64,000 nucleotides of DNA from an uncultured delta proteobacterium (GCA_963789115.1 CAWBJH010000001.1:969419-1033418); one strand, 5' to 3'; positions 10,770-20,599 are shown, numbered from the stretch's first letter. The notes: generated by a model from the sequence alone, not told the origin. Program-made: numbers and translations.

Positions 10770-10997
10770 TCAGGACTGCGCGCGGGCCGCGTCGGGCGCG
10801 CGATGCGCGGCTTCGCCGACGCCGAATTTACGTAGAACGTCTTCCATGAGGCACCAGCGCGTGAGCGCCGACTGAAACAGATTCAGGCCAACGAACAGCG
10901 TGAACCAAAGCCAATACCGGCTGTGGAAGTAGCCGAGCGCCACGCTCACGATGATGAACGTCCCCGCAATCAGGCGAATCCAACGCTCCAGCGACAT
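10770..10997 (-). CDS. small inner-membrane protein, DUF2892/YgaP-like
   Basis: 75 aa, two TM helices, ERWIRLIAG...TRWCLMEDVL pattern. Divergent from the ArsR-rhodanese gene. Confidence 0.55.
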   Translation of the reverse strand: MSLERWIRLIAGTFIIVSVALGYFHSRYWLWFTLFVGLNLFQSALTRWCLMEDVLRKFGVGEAAHRAPDAARAQS

Positions 10998-11109
10998 AGG
11001 AGTCGACCTCCTTTGGTTTAGCTCGTTTTCTCGAAAGCCCCGACCGACGCTTCCGCGACTCCTTGACGAAGGCTTCTTTCTCGATTAATCTATTATTCAA
11101 TATAATTAT

Positions 11110-11850
11110 GTGATTCAGAGCCCCATGTCAAACGAAAACCCAAGCCTCGCGATGTTCGAACATTTCGCGGGGGTTGCGCGCGCGCTGGGACATCCCTATC
11201 GACTTTTATTTCTGCAACTGCTCGGCCAGGGCGAAACCGCCGTCGAGGTTCTCGCAGAGCGCGCCGGCATAACCGTCGGCAACACTTCGCAACACCTCCA
11301 GCGTCTGCGACGCGCGGGGCTCGTCACAGCCCGCAAGCAAGGCCAGAGGGTCCTATACCGGCTTGCGGACGACGCGGTGTTGGACCTGCTGGCGGGACTG
11401 CGGAAAATCAGCGAGCGCAATCTAGCTGAAGCGCGTCAACTCATCCAAGGCTACTTTCGCGAGCGTGACGGCCTGGAGCCCCTGTCGCGCAAGGAGCTCT
11501 TGCAACGGATGAGCTACAAGCAGGTCACGGTTGTGGACGTACGCTCACCCGAAGAGTCCGCGTCCGGCCACTTGCGCGGTGCAGTCAATATTCCGCCGAA
11601 TGAACTGCGGCGACGTTTGAAGGAATTGCCCCCGGATCGGGAGATAGTGGCTTACTGTCGTGGGCCTTACTGCGTCCTTTCGTATGAGGCAGTTGCGCAG
11701 CTTCGGAGCCGCGGGTACAAGGTGTGGCGCCTTGAAGACGGATACCCGGAGTGGAGGGCGGCTGGTCTGCCGCTAGAAGCCTCCGGCGAGTTCGAAGCCG
11801 ATCGTCATCGCGCGAAATCCGCGCGTGTGCGCGGGTTCCCGCAGTCGTGA
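11110..11850 (+). CDS. ArsR-family HTH regulator fused to a rhodanese domain
   Basis: HTH region LGHPYRLLFLQLL...VGNTSQHLQRL, then a rhodanese active-site loop CRGPYC. Confidence 0.8.
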   Translation: MIQSPMSNENPSLAMFEHFAGVARALGHPYRLLFLQLLGQGETAVEVLAERAGITVGNTSQHLQRLRRAGLVTARKQGQRVLYRLADDAVLDLLAGLRKISERNLAEARQLIQGYFRERDGLEPLSRKELLQRMSYKQVTVVDVRSPEESASGHLRGAVNIPPNELRRRLKELPPDREIVAYCRGPYCVLSYEAVAQLRSRGYKVWRLEDGYPEWRAAGLPLEASGEFEADRHRAKSARVRGFPQS

Positions 11851-12023
11851 GGGCACCGGAGAGGCCGCGATACGGACCGGTTCGGGCCGATTCTGCAGCT
11901 TCCCACTGAAAGCCGCAGGCGCGGCGGTCGCGCGCTCGATCGTGACAGCCGCCTTTCGATCCGATGCGGGTGCGCGGCGCGCGCGCTTGGCTCGCCCGGC
12001 TATCGCCTGCTTTGCGCGCCTCG

Positions 12024-12935
12024 CTAGACGCGCTGGATTCGGAAGCCCACCTTGGGGAAGTGAACGACGATCTTGCCGAGGGTCGGCTCCTCCCGCTCGA
12101 TCGCGATTTCGTACGTCGATAGCGCGACGACCGTTCCTCTTACCGCCTCGAAGCCGTAATCATCGGCGGTGACGCTCACCTTCATCCCGGGCTCGAGCCC
12201 ATTGGGGTCGGCCGGGTCCGCGATGACGTGCGTTGGCGAGGCGCTCGCGCGCGCGATCGTGAGCGCCTCGTCGGGATCCATCGGCTGCATGTTGCCGTGT
12301 CCCATCGCGTCGATCCGCTCGAACCATCGCATCAGGCCGGCCGAGCCCTGCACCATCGCGAAGCTCGCGGGCTCGTTGCGCATGAACCACAAGCAATGGA
12401 AGCAGGCCGCATCGGCGAGGCTGAACGCGTTGCCCAGAAGGAACGGCCGATCGAGGAGCTGCCCATCGAGCATCGCCAGGAACGCGCGCACTTGGTTTCG
12501 CGCGTCGGGCGCCGTTTGCAGAAGCTCGGCAAGACTCGCTCCGCCCATCAACTTCTGCCGATCCTCGATAAATTCCTTGGGCATCATCGGCCCCATCTTT
12601 TCGAACACGACCGCGATCACCGACAAGAACAGCCTGCGGTCGGCCCACAGGCCGATCGCGTGGCAGAGCCCCTCGCTGTTGCCGGGGTAGAGCGTCGGGT
12701 CGGGAAAAAGCTCCTCGAGCTTGCGCACGATTATTCCCGTGTCGCAGTAGACGTCCGCCCCGATCTGCATCACCGGAACCCGCCGATAGCCTCCGGTCAG
12801 CGGGGTGAGCTTGGGCTTCGGCATGATCGCAGGCTGATCGACGCCGCGCCAACTCACCCGCTTGTGCGCCAGGATCTTGCGGATCTTCTCCGAGAACGGC
12901 GACATCGCGTAGTGATGAAGGATTATCTCGGCCAT
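12024..12935 (-). CDS. glutathione S-transferase family protein with C-terminal extension
   Basis: N-terminal thioredoxin-like GST domain (ILHHYAMSPFSEKIR) and C-terminal helical GST domain. Start trimmed to MAEIIL (ATG 12935). Confidence 0.75.
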   Translation of the reverse strand: MAEIILHHYAMSPFSEKIRKILAHKRVSWRGVDQPAIMPKPKLTPLTGGYRRVPVMQIGADVYCDTGIIVRKLEELFPDPTLYPGNSEGLCHAIGLWADRRLFLSVIAVVFEKMGPMMPKEFIEDRQKLMGGASLAELLQTAPDARNQVRAFLAMLDGQLLDRPFLLGNAFSLADAACFHCLWFMRNEPASFAMVQGSAGLMRWFERIDAMGHGNMQPMDPDEALTIARASASPTHVIADPADPNGLEPGMKVSVTADDYGFEAVRGTVVALSTYEIAIEREEPTLGKIVVHFPKVGFRIQRV

Positions 12936-13066
12936 GGCATTCCTCTCGATGGCTGGCTGTCGGGGCTGTCTCCGCCTTTCTCTCTCCGTGCGACACCTCA
13001 ATAGCCGATGTAATCCGCGATTGCGAGACGTTGAACCGCACGCCGCCGATACCGTACCTTGCGCGT

Positions 13067-13709
13067 ATGTACGGACATCCCGAGTTCGATCTCTTCGAGG
13101 CCATCTACACGACCCGCTCGATGCGCCGCCTCAAGCCCGACCCCCGTGGCTCCTGAAATAATCATAAAGCTCATTGAGGCGGCCACGATGGGGCCGAGCG
13201 GCAGCAATCGACAGCCCTGGCAATGGATAGTCGTCACTGAAAAGGAAACCCGGGAGCTGGTCGGCGACGGCTACGCCAAGGCGTGGGAGCGCTACCTCGG
13301 TCCCGAAGCTCGCGCGATCCTGGAGAACGAACCGCAAAGCCCGCAGGGCCGGATTCTCAGGTCCGCGCGCTACCTCGCCTATCATATCGCGGAGGTGCCG
13401 GTGCTGATCTTCGCGTGCGTCAAGATCTACGACGACCCGGCGCGTCGGGGGCAGCCGATGGTCAACGCGCTCTTCCCGGCGATCCAGAACTTATGCCTCG
13501 CCGCACGCGCCCACGGGCTCGGCACCTGCATCACGCAGATGCATCGCATGTTCGGTGCAGAAATCGACCGCCGGCTCGGCATACCGCCCGAGTACTCCAA
13601 CGTCGCGCTGATACCGGTTGGGTATCCAAAGGGCCGATGGGGCCGCCCGGACCGCAGGCCGGCAGCCGAGGTCACCTATTGGGAACGATGGGGCGAACGG
13701 CGCACATGA
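13067..13709 (+). CDS. nitroreductase family protein, apparent +1 frameshift in the C5 run at 13141-13145
   Basis: ATG 13067 opens frame 2 giving MYGHPEFDLFEAIYTTRSMRRLKPDP (canonical nitroreductase N-terminus) and stops at 13154. The family continues in frame 0 as VAPEIIIKLIEAATMGPSGSNRQPWQWIVV... to 13709. Confidence 0.7.
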
Positions 13710-13721
13710 TCCGCCGGAGAA

Positions 13722-13934
13722 TCACGTATCGAGCACGGCCAGCACGGCGTTTCTCTGGATCTGATCTCCCGCCTTGACGCGGAATTCGCGGATGCGGCCG
13801 GGCGCCGGCGCCTTGAGCGGAATCTCCACTTTCATCGATTCGATCACCATCACTTCGTCGCCGCGCTCGATCTGCGCGCCGATCTCGACCGAAATGCGAA
13901 GCACCTTGCCGACCGACGGACTGCGTAACTCCAT
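13722..13934 (-). CDS. biotin/lipoyl-attachment domain protein (70 aa)
   Basis: VIESMKVEIPLKAP with the biotinyl-lysine MK motif in a hammerhead-like context. Stand-alone. Confidence 0.65.
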   Translation of the reverse strand: MELRSPSVGKVLRISVEIGAQIERGDEVMVIESMKVEIPLKAPAPGRIREFRVKAGDQIQRNAVLAVLDT

Positions 13935-14194
13935 CCTGTAGGTTTCCTTCCTGCTACTCGTTGACCTTGTAACAAGAACCGCCCATCGCTGCTACGGAAC
14001 CGGCCCGGCCTCACTGCGGGCTGGTTCCTTCGACGTCACGCGATGTCACGCCGCCTTCAGCGGCTTGTACCGAAGTCACGGCACTTCTCCCACCGCCGGC
14101 ATGGAACGCCGCTTGAGTCTCGGCGGGGTTTGGGCGTAGATAGGGCCGGCGATGACCGCGCGCGAGTGTCGGCACCTGCGCGGTCCGCTTGCGC

Positions 14195-15556
14195 ATGAAT
14201 AACTTCATTGCCGCGCGCACGCTCCAGACCTACCCGGTCGGCGCTTATCGATGGCTGATGCTGGGGCTGACCGTGCTCGCCACGATCCTGGCCTCCTACG
14301 AATTTCAACTCGCGCCGCTGCTGCCGATACTGCTGCCCTTCCTGCACATGAGCCATCTCGGCTACGGCTACTTCATCACTTTCATCGTGCTGGTCTCGGG
14401 AGTCTCCGCGTTCGTCGGCGGTCCGCTTGCCGACCGCTATGGGCGCGTGGTCTTGATCGATATCTGCCTCGGCGCGGTGACGATCCTCACTTTCTCCAAC
14501 GTGCTGATCACCGGGGTGGTCTCGTTCGTCCTGATCCGGACCGCGATGGGAATAGTCGGCGGACTGATGGCGGGCGCGGGCGCGGCGCTGGTGCGCGACA
14601 TGTCGCCGCGCCTGAGCCGCGCAACCGCCTTCGGCCTTTTCACGATCGGCCCGGTGGGCGCCAGCTTTCTGGCCAACGCGATCGCGGGTGCGACGCTGCC
14701 GGTCTTCCACACCTGGCAATCGCAGATCTGGATCATGGGGGCGCTGGGCGTCCTGATGTACATCCCGATCCTGCTGTGGCTCAAGGACTTGAGCCCGGAG
14801 CTGCGCCTGCAGGTCTTCCGCAGCGAGATTGCGGCGATGCAGGCCGAGGGGCGGCGCATTCCGAGCGCGGCCGAGATACCGGCCAGCGCGCGCGAGGCGT
14901 TTGCCGCCCTACTCGAGCATGCCGAAGTATGGCTGCTGGTAATCGGCGCCACCGCGAACCTGACGCTTTACTTTGCGATCCAGGCGTTCGGCCCGCTGAT
15001 GTTCACCGAGGCCTATCACTACAGCCCCGCGGTCGCGGCCCGGATGAACGCCAACTTCTGGTTCACCAACCTCGCGGTGCTGATTGTCACCGGAATGGTC
15101 TCCGACCGGCTCGAGTCGCGAAAGCCGATCGCGATCATCGGCGGTATCCTGAGTGCGGCGTTGATGTGGCTGTGGGCTGGAACCTTCGGCCACCAGATCT
15201 CGCCCACGACGGTCCGGGCAATCGCGACGGTGCTGGGATGCGTCCTGGCGGTCGGCTATGTGCCGTGGGCCGCGCAGTTCTCCGAGACGCTCGAGGACGT
15301 GTCGCCGGCATTGCAGGCAACGGGATGGGCGTTTTTCGGGCTGATCGCGCGCGGATGGGTGGCAATCTCGGCGCCGCTCAGCCTGTTCGTCGCAATCCAC
15401 TACGGATGGGGCGCGTGGGTCAGGGTCGCGATGATCGGGATGATTCTCTACGTGGGCGCGATGTGCCTGTCGCGCACGCGCTTCGCGATGTCGAAGGCGG
15501 TTGAGCCGGGCAAAGCCGCCGAGCTCGCCAAGGCCGCCTCCGGCGCCCTGGAGTAA
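14195..15556 (+). CDS. MFS transporter
   Basis: 12 predicted TM segments; GGPLADRYGR between TM2 and TM3. ATG 14195 chosen over the track's TTG 14189. Confidence 0.85.
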   Translation: MNNFIAARTLQTYPVGAYRWLMLGLTVLATILASYEFQLAPLLPILLPFLHMSHLGYGYFITFIVLVSGVSAFVGGPLADRYGRVVLIDICLGAVTILTFSNVLITGVVSFVLIRTAMGIVGGLMAGAGAALVRDMSPRLSRATAFGLFTIGPVGASFLANAIAGATLPVFHTWQSQIWIMGALGVLMYIPILLWLKDLSPELRLQVFRSEIAAMQAEGRRIPSAAEIPASAREAFAALLEHAEVWLLVIGATANLTLYFAIQAFGPLMFTEAYHYSPAVAARMNANFWFTNLAVLIVTGMVSDRLESRKPIAIIGGILSAALMWLWAGTFGHQISPTTVRAIATVLGCVLAVGYVPWAAQFSETLEDVSPALQATGWAFFGLIARGWVAISAPLSLFVAIHYGWGAWVRVAMIGMILYVGAMCLSRTRFAMSKAVEPGKAAELAKAASGALE

Positions 15557-15566
15557 GAATTGTACG

Positions 15567-15593
15567 CCCCCGGCCAAATTGGCGCGCCGGGGT
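15567..15593 (+). terminator. GC-rich hairpin after the MFS gene
   Basis: ccccggc...gccgggg 7-bp inverted repeat with an 11-nt loop. No U-tract, so intrinsic-terminator status is uncertain. Confidence 0.3.
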
Positions 15594-15651
15594 CGTAAAA
15601 GGGGCGGCGCCACCGACAATCTATGCGGCCCTGGACAGAGGGAAGCCACGA

Positions 15652-16284
15652 ATGACCAGCAGCGTTGAACAACTTTTTTGGGGAGGTCCGGGCAGCGTCT
15701 GGTACTGGCACTTTCTGGGTGTGCTCACTGGCCTGTGGTGTGGCTCCATCTTAGGCGCGTTCATAGCGCATTCTGTCAAACTTCTCGGACTGCTCCGAGC
15801 TGAGGCGAGTGGCCAAACAGGCCATGCGAGTGAGACAGTCGGCGCTATCCGCTCGGTGGTTAGCGTTGTCACGGGCGCGGTGCTCGGCCTCTGTGTCGGC
15901 GGCTTGATGGGTGGCTGGCTGCTGTTAGCGTTTGTCCTGTCTCATGTCCCCCTATGGCGCCTTCCCGAAGAACCGCCTTGGATAAATCCGCTAGATAGGC
16001 TGGTTGTATCGGTCCGCATTGACGAAGCGTTTGGCTCTCAAGTGGGTAGGGTGTTCGTGAATATGCGTAACGTGATGACCCAGTATGGCGGGCTCGCCGG
16101 TGGCGTCATCGGTGGTTTGGTCTGGCTGCGCATCGAGGCTGTGGTCGTCGGGACCATTCTCTTCGGAATCATCGCCAGGCTGATGTCTTTCGCCGTCGTG
16201 ATCTTCTGCGGGCGCTTGGCTGAAAGGAGACTCGCACTCAGACATACGGCTACTGCACCGAGCCGCGTGCGGCCGCTAGACTAG
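15652..16284 (+). CDS. hypothetical 4-TM membrane protein (lower-GC islet)
   Basis: 210 aa, several hydrophobic helices. GC visibly lower than flanks and uses tta/ata codons. Confidence 0.5.
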   Translation: MTSSVEQLFWGGPGSVWYWHFLGVLTGLWCGSILGAFIAHSVKLLGLLRAEASGQTGHASETVGAIRSVVSVVTGAVLGLCVGGLMGGWLLLAFVLSHVPLWRLPEEPPWINPLDRLVVSVRIDEAFGSQVGRVFVNMRNVMTQYGGLAGGVIGGLVWLRIEAVVVGTILFGIIARLMSFAVVIFCGRLAERRLALRHTATAPSRVRPLD

Positions 16285-16346
16285 TAGTCGCCATCCGGCG
16301 TCCCGGCGCGCGTCCTGAGCACGCCGAAGCCCGAGGATTAGGAGGT

Positions 16347-16823
16347 ATGCAGCGAGAAGAGGTCAAAAGGAGGCTCTGCAATGCTTTGCGGGAGGTCAAT
16401 GAGAAAGACGCGATTCTTCTTGAGTACGACGTCAGTGAACGCTGTATTGCTTCTCGATTGGCGATGTATCTTCAAGCGCGGTTTCCCGGTCATTCGGTTG
16501 ACGTTGAGTACAACCGCGATGGGGGTGAACCCAAGCGGCTGAACCTGCCCGGGGAGTGCGCGAACCGGTGGGACCGCTATGGCAGCTCTCTTGTGGTGCC
16601 CGACGTGGTACTGCACCGGCGCGGACGTGGGGGTGCTAACCTGCTCGTGCTAGAGTTGAAGAAACTCGGTGATCCCGACGCCTTGGAATGCGATTCCAAG
16701 CGCGTGCGGGCGTTTCGACACACATTCGGGTACACCTTCGGTGCATTGATCGGGTGTGAAACGCGAAAGGGCCATACACCCAGAGTGGCGCTCTCCAAGT
16801 GGTTTGACGACCAAGAACCGTGA
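16347..16823 (+). CDS. hypothetical protein with PD-(D/E)xK nuclease-like motif arrangement
   Basis: 158 aa. E (VDVEYNR) then PD (VVPDVVLH) then ExK (LLVLELKK) spacing typical of the restriction-endonuclease fold. aggagg before ATG. Confidence 0.45.
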   Translation: MQREEVKRRLCNALREVNEKDAILLEYDVSERCIASRLAMYLQARFPGHSVDVEYNRDGGEPKRLNLPGECANRWDRYGSSLVVPDVVLHRRGRGGANLLVLELKKLGDPDALECDSKRVRAFRHTFGYTFGALIGCETRKGHTPRVALSKWFDDQEP

Positions 16824-16832
16824 CTTTATGGG

Positions 16833-18395
16833 CTAGGGCCGCATCGTCCGGGTGCGGATGCCGAGCTGGGTCGGAATGATATTCTCGTAGGCCAGGCGCA
16901 CCCAATCGACCAGTAGCGGGCGCGTGTCGCGCGGATCGATTATCTCCTCGATCCCAAACGCCTCGGCGGTGCGAATCGGCGAGCGTACCGCGTTGAATCT
17001 CTCCTCCAGCTCGCGCCGCAGCTTTTCCGGGTCCGCCGCCGCCGCCAGGTCGCGCTTGTAGGCCGCCTCGATTCCGCCCTCGATCGGGAGCGAGCCCCAA
17101 TCCCCCGACGGCCACGCATAGCGCAGGTTGATCCCGCTCGTGATTCCATGGCCTGCGCCGGCAACGCCGAACGCGCGCCGCACCACGATCGCCACCCACG
17201 GCGTCACGGTCTGGAAGACCGCGTAGAGCGCGCGCACCCCGCGCCGAATCGTCCCCGCCATCTCGGCCTCGCGGCCGATCAGAAAGCCGGGCTGATCGAC
17301 GAAGTTCACCACCGGCAGATGGAACGTGTCGCACATATCGACGAAGCGCACCATCTTGTCCGAGGCCGGCCCGTCGAGCGAGCCGCCGATCTGATACGGG
17401 TCGTTGATCATCACGCCCACCGGGTAGCCGTCCAGGCGCGCGAAGCCGGTTGCCAGCGAAGGGCCGAAGTAGGGCGCGATCTCGAAGAACGAGCCGCGAT
17501 CCATCACCAATTCGACAATCCGCCGGCAATCGTAGCCGTGACGCCGATTACGCGGCACGATCGAAATAAGCTCCTCCTCGCGCCGGCCGGGATCCTCGCT
17601 CGGCGCGATCCGCGCCGCCACCTGCCATACGTTGGAGGGCAGGTAGGAAAGGAAGCGGCGGATTTGCACCAACGCGTCGTCCTCGCTCTCGGCCTCGTTG
17701 TCCACCGCGCCGCTGGCATGAGCGTGGATATCCGAGCCGCCCAACTCCTCCTTGGTCAGGTCCTCGCCCACGCCAAATTTGACCACCGGCGGACCGGCGA
17801 CGAAGAGCTGGCTCGTCCCACGCACCATCACCGAGAAATGCGAGGCCGCTACGCGCGCAGCACCCAGCCCCGCCACCGAGCCCATGCACGCCCCGATGAC
17901 GGGAACCTCCGCCATCAGCTTGACCAGCACGTCGAAGGCCGGATTGGCGGGTACGTAGGTGCGCCGGAGCTTGTCTAGCGAGCGCACGCTGCCGCCACCG
18001 CCCGTGCCGTCGACCAGGCGGACCATCGGGAGGCGCAGCTCATGCGCCATCGTCTCGAAGTACAACTGCTTGCTGCCGATCGAGGCGTCGGCCGCCCCGC
18101 CGCGCACGGTAAAGTCGTCGCCGCCCACGACCACCCGGCGGCCCTCGATTCTGCCGGTGCCTCCGACGAAGTTGGCCGGCATGAAGTCGGCCAGCTTGTC
18201 GCCTTCGTATTTCGGGCTGCCGGCCAGCGCGCCGTATTCGTGGAACGAGCCGGCATCGAGCAGCCGTTCGATCCGTTCGCGGACGGTCAGCTTGCCGCCG
18301 TCATGCTGGCGCTTGATATTTTCCGCCCCGCCCATCCGCCCGGAGATTTCCACGCGGCGGCGGATTTCATCGACTTCATCCTGCCAGTTTTTCAC
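16833..18395 (-). CDS. acyl-CoA carboxylase carboxyltransferase subunit (PccB-like)
   Basis: Duplicated crotonase-like carboxyltransferase halves. Start set at GTG 18395 (MKNWQDEVDEIRRR) preceded by gggagg; the track ORF extends 83 codons upstream without a credible start. Confidence 0.9.
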   Translation of the reverse strand: MKNWQDEVDEIRRRVEISGRMGGAENIKRQHDGGKLTVRERIERLLDAGSFHEYGALAGSPKYEGDKLADFMPANFVGGTGRIEGRRVVVGGDDFTVRGGAADASIGSKQLYFETMAHELRLPMVRLVDGTGGGGSVRSLDKLRRTYVPANPAFDVLVKLMAEVPVIGACMGSVAGLGAARVAASHFSVMVRGTSQLFVAGPPVVKFGVGEDLTKEELGGSDIHAHASGAVDNEAESEDDALVQIRRFLSYLPSNVWQVAARIAPSEDPGRREEELISIVPRNRRHGYDCRRIVELVMDRGSFFEIAPYFGPSLATGFARLDGYPVGVMINDPYQIGGSLDGPASDKMVRFVDMCDTFHLPVVNFVDQPGFLIGREAEMAGTIRRGVRALYAVFQTVTPWVAIVVRRAFGVAGAGHGITSGINLRYAWPSGDWGSLPIEGGIEAAYKRDLAAAADPEKLRRELEERFNAVRSPIRTAEAFGIEEIIDPRDTRPLLVDWVRLAYENIIPTQLGIRTRTMRP

Positions 18396-18688
18396 CAAGT
18401 ACCTCCCGCGCTCCGTTGTCGCGGTTTTGCGGCTCGCGGTTCTTGTTCCCTCGACTACGTGCCTCGCGGTGGCCCGATCGTAGCATTTTCGACCGCCTGC
18501 CTCCCGCGCTGCCAAAGCCCTGAGACCCAACCCTTGGCAGGGCTCAGGGCGTTCGGCTGCGCCGAATGGTTTCTTAACCGGCGCGCGGCCTGTTAGCATC
18601 GAAGGCCGGAAAAATCGCGATGACGGCCGCATCCACAGACGCAATCGCCGGCGCCCGCAGCGCGGCCACGTCGCCTCGCGCGCGCAGC

Positions 18689-20035
18689 ATGAGGCTCAGC
18701 GGATGGGGCCGCTATCCGATCGCGCAAGCGCAGGTCTACCGCCCCGAGAAAATCGCGGAACTGGCCGCGATCGTATCCGGCAACGCGACCAGCCTGATCG
18801 CGCGCGGCGCCGGTAAAGCTTACGGCGACGCGGCGTTGAACGATCGCAACCGGGTGGTCGATATCGGCCGCCTCAACCGGATGTTGAGCTTCGACCCCGC
18901 CACCGGCGTCCTGCGATGCGAGGCGGGAGTGACGCTGGCGGAGATGATCGACGTCTTCCTGCCGCGGGGTTTCTTCCCGTCGGTCACCCCAGGCACCAGG
19001 TTGGTAACCGTGGGCGGCTCGGTCGCTGCCGACGTCCACGGCAAGAACCATCATCGCGACTCCTCGCTCGGCAGTCATGTACTGAGCCTCGACCTGATGC
19101 TCGCCTCGGGCGAGGTGCGCCGTCTCTCGCGCGAGCAGGAGCCGGAGCTTTTCTGGGCGACGATCGGCGGGATGGGACTGACGGGAGTAATCCTCGAAGT
19201 CGAGCTTCGCCTGCACAAGGTCGAGAGCGCATGGATCGAGGGCGAAGTGATTCGCGCCCGGGATCTGGATGAGGCGATCGAGACCTTCGAGCGCTCCGAC
19301 CGCGAGTACGGTTACTCGGTGGCCTGGATCGATTGCGCGAGCCGGTCCGACAGCGGCCGGCTCGGCCGCTCGGTGATCAACCTTGGAAATTTCGCCGCGC
19401 GCCAGAGCCTTGGCGGTATGAAATTAGCCGCTCCGTTTCGCGGCCGGCGCCGGCTTCGCGCTGCGGTGCCGTTCGACCTGCCCAACTTCGCGCTCAGTTC
19501 GCCCACCGTCCGCGCCTTCAACGCCGCCTACTTCGCGCTCCATCGCGGCGGTCGCGGACGCAAGCTGATCGATTACGAAAGCTTTTTCTACCCGCTCGAC
19601 TCGATTCGCAACTGGAACCGCATCTACGGCAAGCGCGGCTTCGTCCAGTACCAGTGCGTGTGGCCGCTCGCCGAGAGTCGCGAGGGACTAATCGAAACGC
19701 TGGAGCAGATCGCGCGCAGCGGGCGCGGCTCGTTCCTGACCGTGCTCAAGAAATTCGGGCCGCAGGAAGGGATGCTATCGTTCCCGATGCCCGGTTACAC
19801 GCTGGCGCTGGACTTCCCGCTCGCAGAGGGACTGTTCTCGTTCCTGGACGGCCTGGATGAGATGGTGCTCAAACGCGGCGGGCGCGTGTACCTGGCCAAG
19901 GACGCGCGGATGAGGCCGGATGTGTTCCGCGCGATGTATCCGAACTTGGCGCGATGGCAGGCGGCCAAGGCCGCGGTCGACCCGAACAACCGCTTCTCGT
20001 CCTCGCTCTCGCGCCGGCTCGCGATGGAGCCCTAA
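18689..20035 (+). CDS. FAD-dependent oxidoreductase, DprE1-like (decaprenylphosphoryl-beta-D-ribose 2'-oxidase family)
   Basis: LSGWGR, ARGAGKAYGD, VTVGGSVAADVHGKNHH, ELFWATIGGMGLTG, YQCVWP and C-terminal AKDARMRPDVFRAMYP...RRLAMEP all match conserved DprE1 blocks (from memory of the M. tuberculosis sequence). Start trimmed to MRLSGWG (ATG 18689). Confidence 0.85.
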   Translation: MRLSGWGRYPIAQAQVYRPEKIAELAAIVSGNATSLIARGAGKAYGDAALNDRNRVVDIGRLNRMLSFDPATGVLRCEAGVTLAEMIDVFLPRGFFPSVTPGTRLVTVGGSVAADVHGKNHHRDSSLGSHVLSLDLMLASGEVRRLSREQEPELFWATIGGMGLTGVILEVELRLHKVESAWIEGEVIRARDLDEAIETFERSDREYGYSVAWIDCASRSDSGRLGRSVINLGNFAARQSLGGMKLAAPFRGRRRLRAAVPFDLPNFALSSPTVRAFNAAYFALHRGGRGRKLIDYESFFYPLDSIRNWNRIYGKRGFVQYQCVWPLAESREGLIETLEQIARSGRGSFLTVLKKFGPQEGMLSFPMPGYTLALDFPLAEGLFSFLDGLDEMVLKRGGRVYLAKDARMRPDVFRAMYPNLARWQAAKAAVDPNNRFSSSLSRRLAMEP

Positions 20036-20098
20036 ATGAAACTGGCTGCCTTCCTATAGTTTTCACCCTCCGGGGGAGACTACAGAGGGGTTAAACCG
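19915..20098 (+). repeat. direct repeat copy 1 (3' end of the dprE1-like gene plus about 60 bp downstream)
   Basis: About 92% identical to 20600-20785. Contains the 16-bp core ctgccttcctatagtt. Confidence 0.8.
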
Positions 20099-20144
20099 CC
20101 TGCCCTCCTATAGTTGCGTTAGGAATTACAGACCGAGGCATAAA

Positions 20145-20597
20145 ATGAAGATCGAATACGCGGTTCTAGCTGATGCGGCTCAAGCAGTTGGCGGCAAGGT
20201 TTTTATCCTTGGTGGCGGGTGGAACGTTTTCCGTGCAGCAAACTATCCCACACCGATCCAGCTTGCCGTCGCGGTCGGGATAGCTTTCACGCTCAACGAG
20301 ATCGGCATCAAATATCCTCTGAGCCTCGTGATCGCGGACGAAGCGGGTGTGCCAATAGTCCCAGAAATGAAAGGGCAAGTAGAAACTGGTCAACTCCCGC
20401 CCGATGCTCCCAAGGGCGTACCGATAAACGTGCCGCTGGCGGTCAACATGAACTTGTCTATTCCCCGCCCCGGCAAATACGGAGTTCTGGTCACGGTTGG
20501 TTCCTCCAAGGCACAACTGTCGTTTGACGCAATCTTCGTGGGCCAGAAGGTGCAGCTCGCGCCTCCTGAGGATTCTGCATTGGAGCGTGGCAACTAA
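20145..20597 (+). CDS. hypothetical protein, cargo of the short insertion
   Basis: 150 aa (MKIEYAVLADAAQAVGGKVFILGGGWNV...), no recognised family. Lower GC than flanks. Confidence 0.45.
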   Translation: MKIEYAVLADAAQAVGGKVFILGGGWNVFRAANYPTPIQLAVAVGIAFTLNEIGIKYPLSLVIADEAGVPIVPEMKGQVETGQLPPDAPKGVPINVPLAVNMNLSIPRPGKYGVLVTVGSSKAQLSFDAIFVGQKVQLAPPEDSALERGN

Positions 20598-20599
20598 AA

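Noticed and set aside
12160-13104. 314-aa minus-strand ORF and 258-aa plus-strand ORF overlapping the GST gene
   Set aside because: Alternative frames of the well-supported GST gene. Low-complexity Arg/Gly/Ala-rich translations.
18620-18688. Upstream extension of the dprE1-like ORF (MTAASTDAIAGARSAATSPRARS)
   Set aside because: DprE1-family proteins begin near the LTGWGR motif. The extension is low complexity and lacks an RBS, although a twin-arginine-like signal cannot be fully excluded.
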